DNA from: an uncultured bacterium
Lineage (GTDB): Bacteria > CSSED10-310 > CAZUFC01
Assembly (NCBI GenBank): GCA_964619725.1
Contig: CAZUFC010000119.1
Coordinates: forward strand, 1-24,384
Direction: 5' to 3'
Length of the DNA stretch: 24,384 bases
The translations under genes were made by a program, and so were the position numbers. Numbering within the stretch: position 1 is the stretch's first letter; each line of letters opens with the position of its first letter. The notes beneath the pieces were generated by a model. The model saw only the letters and a list, made by a program, of their open reading frames with translations. It ran no database searches and was not told where the DNA came from. This document shows positions 1 to 10,300 of the stretch, one piece after another.

Positions 1-166
1 CTTTTTTATCGTTTTGATCCAGGTGTTTTTCTATCGATTCCAGCATTCGGTCCGTTATTTTTTTTCTGAGACGATAGTCCCAGTTTTCCTTTATATTTCC
101 GTCGGAATCCTTTTCGGGTATTTTAAAATGAATATCTGAAAGATGAAGGATGTTTATTCTGGTCAT
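1..166 (-). CDS. Metallophosphoesterase (calcineurin-like) domain protein, N-terminal fragment; runs off the left edge
   Basis: Not in the ORF track. ATG at 166 (minus), with AGGGAG RBS within 171-180. Translates MTRINILHLSDIHFKIPEKDSDGNIKENWDYRLRKKITDRMLESIEKHLDQNDKK with no stop to the edge. ILHLSDIHF is the first D-x-H metal-binding motif of this superfamily. Confidence 0.85.
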   Translation of the reverse strand, partial: MTRINILHLSDIHFKIPEKDSDGNIKENWDYRLRKKITDRMLESIEKHLDQNDKK

Positions 167-297
167 TTTTTTCTCCCTTGATTATTTTGGCAATTGCAAA
201 GCTGAACGGCATTTTAGCGCTTTTTTGAAGGCTTTGCATCAGAATTTTTATTTTTTTAAGGTGTGGTTATTGGACTGTTAAGCTTTTCATTTCTTTC

Positions 298-374
298 TCA
301 CCATGAAGCGCATGAAGAGCATGAAGTTGTCTGTGAACATCGACTCAAATCGGGTTATCATAGGTTCGTCATCA
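298..374 (+). repeat. Direct repeat copy 1 with 9-bp-period (CATGAAGNN)x3 core
   Basis: TCACCATGAAGCGCATGAAGAGCATGAAGTT (298-328) is identical to 744-774. TATCATAGGTTCGTCATCA (356-374) matches TATCACAGGTTCGACATCA (802-820) at the same 446-bp offset. Confidence 0.9.
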
Positions 375-385
375 AAAATAATGAC

Positions 386-540
386 GGGATTGATCAAACC
401 GGAATTACACTTCTTGCAAAACTTTTGACAGTTTGTTTCAGTAATCTGGGTCGAGGCCGGTATCGGGATCGGGAACGAAATCGAAAGGACGGGATATTCG
501 GAAGAATCGTAACCTTAAAGGACGCATTTTTTATCAAGCC
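386..540 (+). mobile_element. MITE-like element family A, degenerate copy (155 bp)
   Basis: Starts GGGATTGATCAAACCGGAATTACACTTCTTGCAAAACTTTTGACAGTTTGT, closely matching the reverse complement of 23297-23347. Has internal ATCGGN-like hexamers and ends ACGCATTTTTTATCAAGCC, a decayed TGATCAATGCC terminal inverted repeat. Confidence 0.7.
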
Positions 541-632
541 ATAGTGACGATACCATGATACGATGTCGAAAAAGAATATATCAATTTTCAACCGAAATGT
601 TCATTCCGTCAGATAATTCGACGACTCATCTT

Positions 633-661
633 CTACATGTTCTTCATGATCTACATGGTGA
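633..661 (-). repeat. Inverted copy of the (CATGAAGNN)x3 repeat
   Basis: Reverse complement TCACCATGTAGATCATGAAGAACATGTAG versus TCACCATGAAGCGCATGAAGAGCATGAAG at 298 and 744: 24/29 identical by hand count. Confidence 0.85.
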
Positions 662-743
662 AATTCTTCTTTTTCATCAGCAAAGTCGGTGAAACGCCTT
701 CGGCAGCCGTTCGATGGAGAGAATTTTTACTTTGATATTTTTT

Positions 744-820
744 TCACCATGAAGCGCATGAAGAGCATGAAGTTTTCAGAAAAAAGCATCTACGAATAGT
801 CTATCACAGGTTCGACATCA
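744..820 (+). repeat. Direct repeat copy 2 with (CATGAAGNN)x3 core
   Basis: 31-bp exact match to 298-328 plus a 17/19 match to 356-374, both at offset 446. Confidence 0.9.
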
Positions 821-821
821 C

Positions 822-967
822 GTTTGGTTCGGTATCGGAGTCGGTTTCGGGGTCGGAATAAATAATTACGAGGAGATGTTGTTTATCTTTGTCAGATTTT
901 CTAGGCTTCTCAATTATTCAAGACTGCGAAATTCCTAACTTCGCAACACGAATTTTTGATCAATGCC
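822..967 (+). mobile_element. MITE-like element family A, partial copy (left end missing, right end intact)
   Basis: Hexamer run GGTTCGGTATCGGAGTCGGTTTCGGGGTCGGA (~826-857). 936-967 TAACTTCGCAACACGAATTTTTGATCAATGCC matches TAACCTCGTAAAACGCATTTCTGATCAATGCC (reverse complement of 23152-23183). Confidence 0.6.
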
Positions 968-1080
968 ATTCTTCTTATACATACTGCGTTATTCAACTGA
1001 ATACGCATAGTTTCCTTATCCGGTCGATTTTTAGCTTCTCGCCCGGGATTTGACCGGCATCGTTGCTTAAACCTTGGCGA

Positions 1081-1111
1081 TGCGAAGGCAGGCTTCCAGC
1101 CTGCTTTTGCA
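1081..1111. repeat. GC-rich hairpin (REP-like or terminator-like) ~100 bp beyond the giant gene's stop
   Basis: TGCGAAGGCAGGCT-TCC-AGCCTGCTTTTGCA: 7-bp perfect core GCAGGCT/AGCCTGC, extending to 14 bp with G-U pairs on the + strand. A T-run follows only in the + direction, so a role as terminator for the minus-strand gene is uncertain. Confidence 0.5.
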
Positions 1112-1212
1112 GAACAAAGCTTTTAGTCTGACATAACCTTTCAAAGCCCCGGTAACCGTACCGGTTTCATACCTCTCCTTGTCCTTTTCGTTCTTTTTGT
1201 CCTTTTCATCTT

Positions 1213-1317
1213 TTATTTCGTTTTCATCGTTTGCTTTTTTCCAGGTTTAATAATGGTCAATATCGACAGTAATATAATCATCACGGCTATGCCTGTCATA
1301 TTGGTCGCGGGCACGGG
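1213..1317 (-). other. C-terminal tripartite sorting-signal-like segment (PVPAT motif + TM helix + basic tail; IPTL-CTERM/PEP-CTERM-like)
   Basis: [34 protein letters not shown] follows a ~105-aa Thr/Pro stalk. The motif-TM-basic layout is typical of exosortase/archaeosortase targets. Confidence 0.65.
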
Positions 1318-4300
1318 GGCGACGGTCGGTGTTATTGTGGGCGTGGAGGTGTATTCCGGGGTTTCTGTGGGTGAATTCGTGGGGGTGTTCGTTGGCGTTG
1401 TCGTTGGCGTATTTGTCGGGGTTTCGGTCGGGGTGTTCGTCGATTCCGGCGTGTTTGTGGGAACGGCAGTTTCCGTTTGTGTGGGCGTTATGGTGGGGGA
1501 ATTTGTGGGACTTGTTGTTGGCGTTAAAGTTTCCGTGGGTGATGATGTCGGTGTGGGACTTTTTGTTGCCGTGGGCGAAAGAGTAGGCGTCGGCGTTAAT
1601 GTGGGGGTAAGCGTCGCTGTCGGTATTTGTGTGGGGGTCGCCATGGGGGAATCCAGCCAATCCAGGTAATTTACGTCGTCGGTTACCCTGTCTCCCGGAT
1701 CATTGTCGTTGCCGTCGTTCACGCATCCGTCATAGCCGAAATAATTGTCGTCCGGACCTCCGGCATCGCCCCACCAGTTGAAAGTCGCATCTATGCAGGT
1801 CGTATCGTCCGTATTGCGCACTCCATACGTGGTATTGCCTTCTATGTTGTTTCCTTTTGTCGTCGTTCCTCCTATTACGGGTTCCGCTCCTGATTCAGCG
1901 AATACTCCGAAACGCTGGCCGGTCAGTATGCAATTTGTTATTTCCGGTTGCGTTCCCACTCCGCTTGCTCTTACGCCGGAATATGAATTATTGCCGATGC
2001 GGCAGGAATGAATCACGGGCTGAGCGCCTTCGTTGCAATAAATGCCTTCGCCTTTGCCGTATACTATTTCGCAATATTCGAAAGTGGGAGATGATGCGTA
2101 ACAGCTTATCATGTTCCCGGTTTCGTATCCGCCGTATTCGAATTTGACGTTTCTTATGATACAGCTCTCATCTACAGCGTAGTCACAGAATTTCAGTCCA
2201 GCCCATTCTCCCTCTTCGGACGGAGGTTGATAATAATCGTTGTGGGTGAATACGACGGGATTCTCCGGAAGCGCTTCTATCATCAGTCCGCCCGGTCTCT
2301 GGGAATCGTTTGAACCTATGGTCAGACTGTAATAATGGTTGAATTGCAGTTCGACTCCGGGTTCTATGGTCAATACGGCTGGATTGCCTGATTCGCCTGT
2401 TACCGTGACGTTTCCGTTTATCAGATAGGGTATGCCCTGGTTTCGCCAGAGGGCGTCAGCGATGAGAGTATCTGCGAAAACCAGTATTTTCTGGCCTCCA
2501 TTATTGATGTAAGAATTACCATGCATGGAATCGATGTTTCGTGCATAACAGCCGATGGGGTAGCTGCTGTTGAAGTTGAACTCGTTATTCGTTATTACCG
2601 GCAGGGCTGTGGATGAGTTAACTCTGATGCCGTAGCTGGATTGTTCGGAGATCGTGGAACCGTTAATCGTCGGACTGGAATCGCCCGTTATGTAGATGCC
2701 GTAGCTGGAGTTAGCCGTTATAAGGCTGTTCTGGACATCGGGAGATGCATCAATGCAATATATGCCGTAGGAGAGATTGTCGCGGACAGTGCACAGGTTC
2801 AATGAGGGTTGAGCGCCTTCACGGCAGACAATGCCGTAATCGGCGCCGAATCTTGATTCCACTTGGTTGAACGTTGGGGAACAGCCGTTACAGATGATAT
2901 TTTCGTAATCGGGATATCCTCCGTATTTTACAGTCGTATAATTCAGTTCAGTCAGCGCATCATCCGCATACAGCCCGAAATACAATCCGTTCCAGTATCC
3001 TGGTTCCTGGGGTTCTGAATCGCCGGCGAATACTACTCTTTCTTCGGACGTTCCCTGCGTGATCAACGCACCCGGCCTGGAATCGGACGCGTCATGCCCG
3101 ATGAAGAGTCCCCTGTTTTCTGCGAACAGCATGATGGTTCCGGATTCAACGGTTAACGCAGCGGTTTGATAATCCGTTCCGTAGACGGATACGTTATCGA
3201 CTATTTTGTAAGGTATGCCCGGATTATCCCAGCCGGCGTCTTGCGTTAGCGTGCCGCCTCGGAGGTAAATCTGCGGGTACAGGTTATCCTGGTAAGCATT
3301 GTCGTAAATGTTATCGATCTGGACGGCCCAGGCATACATCGGATAATCGTCATTATCGTCGAAAAGACTGCCGGTTATTACGGGCCTGGAAGCCGAATCA
3401 TGAATATATGTTCCATACTCCCCGTTCTCAAAGAAGACGCAATTATTCACTATGGGCGAACAGGAACCGTTCATATAGAGCCCCTCATCGGAGTTTAACG
3501 CGAGCGAGCAACCGGTTATGACGGGGGAGCAATCGTTCTGCAGTTTTATTCCGTTGTCGGTGTTGGATATGAAGTCGCAGCCTGTCAACAGCGGACTGGC
3601 TCCGTCCGTGCAATAGAGTCCCGATCCTGCACATTCCGTCGATTTCGTATCGTAAAAGGCGGGTGAACTCCCGTTGCAGTATAGGTTGTGCCTGGAGGAA
3701 TACCCGCCGTACTGAATGATGCAATGATTCAATTCACTCAAAGCGTCATCGGAATATGCGGCGAAATAGATGCCGTCCCAGAATCCGTGAACAGGCGCCT
3801 CAGTATCAGCGGTAAAAACGATTTTTGCGTCTTCGGTTCCAATTGCGGCCAAAGCGCCGGGCTGACCGGGATCAGTATCATGTCCGATGTAAATTTCCAG
3901 TTCCGGCCCCATCTCTATCACCGTTCCCTGTTCCAGCGTCAGAGTCGTCACGCCGTCTTCCCCATCCGTCCCCTGTATCGTCAGGTCGTTTTCCGTTATC
4001 TTATAGGGTATGCCGTTATTCACCCACAGGGCATCCCGGGTCAGCGTTTCACTCACTACGTATATCTGCTGGTTCAGGTTATCCGCATAACTGTTGTTCA
4101 TGAATCCGGGGATATGCCTGGCGAAGAGCCTGACAGGATAGTAATCGTTATCGTCGAAACAACATCCCGTCACGACCGGTGAAGAGTTCGCATCAGCGAC
4201 GTATATTCCCCAGTTGCAGTTCTCGAATATAATGCAGTTCGTTACGGAAGGCGATGAACCGCCGGTCATGTATATGGCGCAGCTTTCGTTATAACCGATG

Positions 4301-7300
4301 AAGCATTGACTCACGTCCGGATCGCTTCCGTAGTAGAGGCTGATGCCCTTGTTTCCGTTTTCGATGAATTCACAGTCGTATACTACAGGATCGGCGTTAT
4401 TGCAGAACAAACCGGCCCTTGAGGAATACCGGGAAACCGTATGGGTGATTGTGGGGGAGCAACTTTCGAGTTTAATGTTGTCATTGGAGGAATCTCCGCC
4501 GTATTCGACTATGCAGGCATCAAGTATCGAATCGTCGGAAGCGTAATCGTGGAATGTGATCCCGTCCCAGTATCCGGGCGAGGATTCCCAACCGGAGAAC
4601 ACTATTTCATTTCCGCCCGGGATTCCCTGAGCGTCAAGGGCTCCGGGATTAGCCGGATCGGATGAATGTCCGACTGTCAATCGTGCGGAAGAATTGAACA
4701 GCAGAACATTTCCAGGTTCAATCGTCAGGCATGTAATGCCGTCTGTGCCGTCCCGGCCCATAACGGTCAGGTCTGAATCGACGTACAGGGGCAATTCCTG
4801 GAAAGGCCAGGTGCAATCCTGCGATATCGTGCCGCCGCTGACCATGATAGCTTGTTTCGCATCGGGCAAACCTGCGTAGGTATTTCCGGTGATGTTCTGC
4901 AATTGATGAACATTGTAAATTTCTATGGGCCAGTCATTGATGTTTTTGAAGGCGTTGTTCTGAATGACCGGACCGGCGCCGGCAGCGGCATAGATGCCCT
5001 GACCGTTGTATTCGACAGAAAGGTTCGAAGCGACTGGAGAAGAATTACCGTCGCAATACAGGGCGTATTCGCTGCAATCGCTGATTGTTCCGCCATCGAA
5101 CAGGGGATCGGCGTCGTCCAGGTATATGCCGTGATGGTTGCTCTTGCTGACTGTGCAATTAGTTATGTTCGGCGAGCATGATTCGCATCGTATGCATGAA
5201 TTGATGGAATAACCGCCGTATTCCACCGTGCAGTAATCCAGGATGCTTTCATCATCAGCGGAATCTCTGAAACAAATACCGCCGATTCTGCCGGGATAGG
5301 GTTCGGAGGAAGCGCTGGTGAAAGTAATTCCCATTGATTCCGAACCGTCGGCGATCAGTTTTCCCGTGTCGCCGGAGGTTGCACCGCCTACGTAGATTCT
5401 GATGTAAGGATTATATTTTACCGTAACGCCGTCTTCGATCGTCAGGACAGCGTTATTACGAATCGTAACGTTGCCGGTCAGCAGCATGACGCCGCCGCAC
5501 GGCATATCAGCAGGCCAGGTCGTATCTTCCGTGATGTCGCCTGAAAAACTCCAGGGCGTGCATGACATCTCCGGAGATGCTGTCGGCGGAGGAGTCAATA
5601 CCGGAGTTTCCGTAGGCGCCTGCGTATAAACCGGGGTTGACGTTGCCGTATGCGTCGGCGAAGAAGTGGGCATTACCGTCTCCGTCGGCGTGGAAGTCGC
5701 GGTCAATACCGGCGTTTCAGTAGGCAGCGGCGATTCCGTCGGTTCAGGCGTTCCCGCGGGCGTGAACGTGGCCGTGTACGTTGCAGTAGGAACCGGCGTA
5801 GGCGTGTTCATTGGAGCGGTCAGCCAGTTTTCGTAATATACGTCTTCACTGACGTCATCGCCGGCATCATTATCATTCATTCCGTTCATACACCAGTCGG
5901 TACCGGCATAATCGTCATCGGGACCTCCGGCATCGCCCCACCAGTTGTATTGAGCTTCAATGCACGTATCCGAATATATGTTCCTTATCCCCTGTCCGTA
6001 GTTTTCGAAAATATTGTTTCCGCACCCCGGTACGCCGCCGATAACAGGTTCTGCAGCATCTTCAACATAGACTCCGTAACGCTGGCCGCACATTACGCTG
6101 TTGGTGACCACGGGATTTGTATTTCCGCCGACGGCATGTATTCCTTTGGAAACGTTGTCATGGATAATACAGGAATGAATAACAGGAGACGCGCCTGATG
6201 TGCAGTAAATGCCGGCATCATCCCCTTCAGTGAATTCACAATGCTCAAAAACAGGGGAACTCCCTTCACAGCATATCATTTCGGCATCTTCATATCCCCC
6301 GAATTCAAATACGGCATGCTTGATCAGGCAATGATCGTCATGCGCATATTTCCGGAAAATTATCCCTGTCCATCGTTGAGAATCCTGCGGCGGATCATAC
6401 CATTCATTGAAAGTAAACGTCACCTTCTCTTCAGGCGTTCCTTCAACCGAGAATCCGCCCCGATTCAATATGCTGTTTGTGCCGATATACAATCCTCGCT
6501 GCGGATTAAACTGAATTTCATTTCCCGCTTCAATCGTCAGGATCGCGATTTCGCCGGAATTTCCCCTGACCGTTATATCGCCCAGAACAAGATAACAGAG
6601 TCCTTCGTTTTTCCAGGTCGCATCCTCGACTATCCACCCAGAATCCACAAGTATTCGATCATAAGAATTATTGATGTAAATATTATCATGAACATTATCG
6701 ACATGCCCGGCCCTGCAGCGGACAGGATTATTATTGAGTGCGAAAGTGTTGTTTACTGCAGAGACTACGGTTTCTTCAGAATCCGCTCTCAATCCATAAT
6801 CCGAATTTTCCGATATTACGTTGCCGGATACGTTTGATAATGATTCGCCGTGGATATATATCCCTTCCCGGTCCGCCTTGATTTGACTGTCGAGTATATT
6901 TACGGATGAATCCGAACAATGTATGCCGTATTCATTATTATGATGAATATAGCAATTTGAGATGGAAATCTGCGAGTCTTCTTCGCAATAAACTCCGGAA
7001 TAAAGCCCGAAACGGGATTCGACGGAATTCAATAAGGGCTGGGCTGATCTGCAACGTATGTTGTCAAAACCGCCATTACCGCCGTATTCCACGATACAAT
7101 GTCTCAGTTCGGAAATTGAGCCTCCGGAAAAAGGCGTAAAATATATCCCGTTCCAGAAACCGGGTTCCTGCTCCTGCGCATCAGCGGTAAACAGAATCTC
7201 GTTATCCGGTTCTCCCAGCGCTTTTAATATTCCAGCATAGTCAGGATTCGTTTCATGTCCCACAACGAATTGGATTTCACTGCCCATGCGAATCTCAACG

Positions 7301-10300
7301 CCTGGTTCAATGGCCAATGTCGTTATCTGGTCTTCGCCGTCATTACCTCTGATGTAGACGTTTCCAGCGATCCGATAGGGTATGCCGCAGTTTTCCCAGA
7401 CAGAATCATCGACCACTGCACCTCCGACTATGTAGAGATAGGGGGATTCATTATCGGCATAATAATTCCCGTAGAAGTCACCGTAGTGTCTAGCCCAGGC
7501 ATAAACAGGATATCCGTCGTTGTCGTCGAAGAGGCAATCCAGCGCTGTTACCCCGCAATCCTGTGAATAGAGATGAACGCCGTCGTTTCCGTTTTCTCTG
7601 ACGGTTACGCCGGCAATCTCGACGGAAGCGCCGTTTTGCAGGTATATCCCGTAACTGGAGTTTTCCCATATTGATCCCCCGGTCATCAGAGGAGTAGAAT
7701 TAACATCAGCATAAATGCCATAGTGAGTGTTATGGTTTAAATTGCAATCAATCAGGGTTGGGGAAGCATTTTCCGTGCATTTTATTCCGGGGCCCCATCC
7801 ATATCTTGATTCCGTATGGAAGAGGTAAGGGGAACTGTCATAACAGTGTATATTTTCAATGTCCGAGTAGCCGCCGTATTCAATGATGCAATGCCGCAGT
7901 TCAGACTGGGAGTCGTCGGAATGAGCGGCGAAATATATGCCGCGCCAATCGCCGCATGCGGGGCATTCCTGGTCTGAGGTGAAAATTACGGGTTCATTCT
8001 CCTGACCCAGGGCGCGGAGGGCTCCGGCGTTATCCGGATTTTCATCTTCGCCGACATAAATGCTCCAAAGATCGCTGAAGTTCAACCGCACTCCGGCTTC
8101 AAGCGTCAGCACGGTGACTTCGTCATCGCCGTCCTGGCCTGATATGAAGATATCGCCGTTAATTTTATAGGGTATGCCCGGATTCTCCCACACAGCATCA
8201 TGGGCAATCGTATCACCGGCGACGAGAATCTTCTGACAGCCATTGTTTTGATAGAGGTTGCCGGAGAAGGCGCCGAAATGGCTGGCGTATCCGGCAACGG
8301 GATATGCGTCGTTATCGTCGAACATGCAACCAATAACAACAGGATTCGATCCGGCGCTCCCTGCAGTCATTCCGTAATCGCCGTTTTCATATATCAGGCA
8401 ATTGCTGATGAAAGCGGAAGAGCCGCCGGCGTTGCTTATGCCGTCATCCTGATTGTAAGCCGTCGTGCATGCGATAATGGTCGGCGAACTGGAATAATGG
8501 ATATAAATTCCGTCGACGCCGTTTGAGGAGAAATCGCAGTTTTCGATCATCGGAGAAGCGTTATTGATGCACGAAAGACCATGTTCCGATGCGTGACGGG
8601 ATTGAATGCCGGATAACTGCAGCGAACAACCGTCTATCGTAATATTCGTCGTCGCATAAGATACGTCGCATGAGGCAAGGATAGAATCGTCCGCGGCAGT
8701 GGAGTTGAATTTGATGCCTGTCCAACAGCCCGGCAATTCATTCCAGCCGGTAAAAACGACAGGTGCGCCAGGAACATTTCCCTGAGCGACGAGTCTGCCG
8801 GGCTGATTGACGTCGGTATCATGCCCCACAGCCAGCCCAGCTTCTTCAGCGAAAATAAGAGTCGTTCCGGGCTCAATACTCAACGAAGTAATTCTGTCCG
8901 GTCCATCGGTTCCTCTGACGAAAACGTCGCCCGTGAAGTAATAACCGATTCCCTGGTTTGCCCAGGAGCTGTCCTCCACGACAAATCCTCCGGCGACATG
9001 AATCGCTGCGCAATCTTCTGATAGTTCCATAAAAGTATTGTTTTCAATGTTATTAATACCTTTGACGTCATCAACGGAAACGGGCCAGCTCCCGGTTCTG
9101 ATGAACGCATTATCCGCAACGACCGGTCTGCATCCTGCAGCGATGCTTACGCCGCTCATGGTATCTTCAAATACATTGCCTGATATTAAAGGTTGAGAGT
9201 CTTCTGCTGCCAGTATGCCCCATTCGATGCAGCCGTTGAAAACCGAATTTTCGATCAGGGGACAAGCTTCGCCGTAACACGCTATACCGTGGTGACTGCT
9301 GAAACGGCATGTGCAGTCGCTTATCGAAGGCGATGCAGAATCGCAACGGATGTCGGCATTCGTTGCATTTCCAGCGTATTCTATGATGCAATATTGCAGT
9401 GAGCTGTCATCATAAGCCGAATCCCTGAAATGAAGTCCGTCGTATCTTCCGGGTGAAGGATCAAGGCGGTCGGATGTGAATAAGACAGGCTCTGATTCCG
9501 TTCCTGCAGCGATCAGGCGGCCTCTGTCGCTTCCCGTGGAGCCGCCGATAAATATCCTGGCCGAATTTTCGAATCTTACCTGTACGCCGGGTTCAATGGT
9601 CAGAGTCGCATCATTTCGCACGGCTATTTCCCCTGAAATCAAATATATGCCGTTCCAGGGATTATCGACATCCCAGACGGTATCAGCGACGATATCTTCA
9701 GAGATGCCCTGTGGAGTGGAGTACGGCGTAGGCGTAGGCGTGGCGCTGCTGGTTGCTGAGGGTCTCGGCGTTGCCGTAAAGGTCGAGGTCGCCGTTAACG
9801 TCGGCGAATGAGTCGATGTCGGCGTATAAGGAGCCGCCGTTGAGGTATATGCCGGGGTAAGCGTGAACTCAGGCGTTTCGGTCGGGACTGCCGTTTCCGT
9901 GGGCAGTGGCGTTTCCGTGGGGGAGGATGAGGGGATCGGCGTAGGTGTATTGATTGGAGCGGTCAACCAATCTGTATAATTTACATCATCGCTGACCTTG
10001 TCTCCGGCATCGTTGTTGTTGCCTCCGTTTACGCAATCGTCCGATCCGTGCAAATCATCATCCGGCCCCCCGGCATCGCCCCACCAGTTGAATCGTGCTT
10101 CAATGCAGGTCTCAGAATATAAATTCCTGACGCCGTAACTTGTATTCCCGAAAATATTATTCCCGGCGTCAACGGCGCCTCCGATAACCGGCTCGGCCCC
10201 GTTTTCAATATATATGCCGTACCGGTTTTCCGTTATGATGCTGTTTGAAATTAACGGGTCTGTATCGCCTCCCGTCATCCGCAAGCCGCTGTTGGAATTA

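Noticed and set aside
263-591. ORFs 263-544 (+, His-rich HHEAHEEHE) and 394-591 (-)
   Set aside because: Translations of the 9-bp-period repeat and element A. No convincing RBS or protein-like content.
298-774. CRISPR repeat (identical 31-mers)
   Set aside because: Only two direct copies, 446 bp apart, with internal 9-bp periodicity and one inverted copy.
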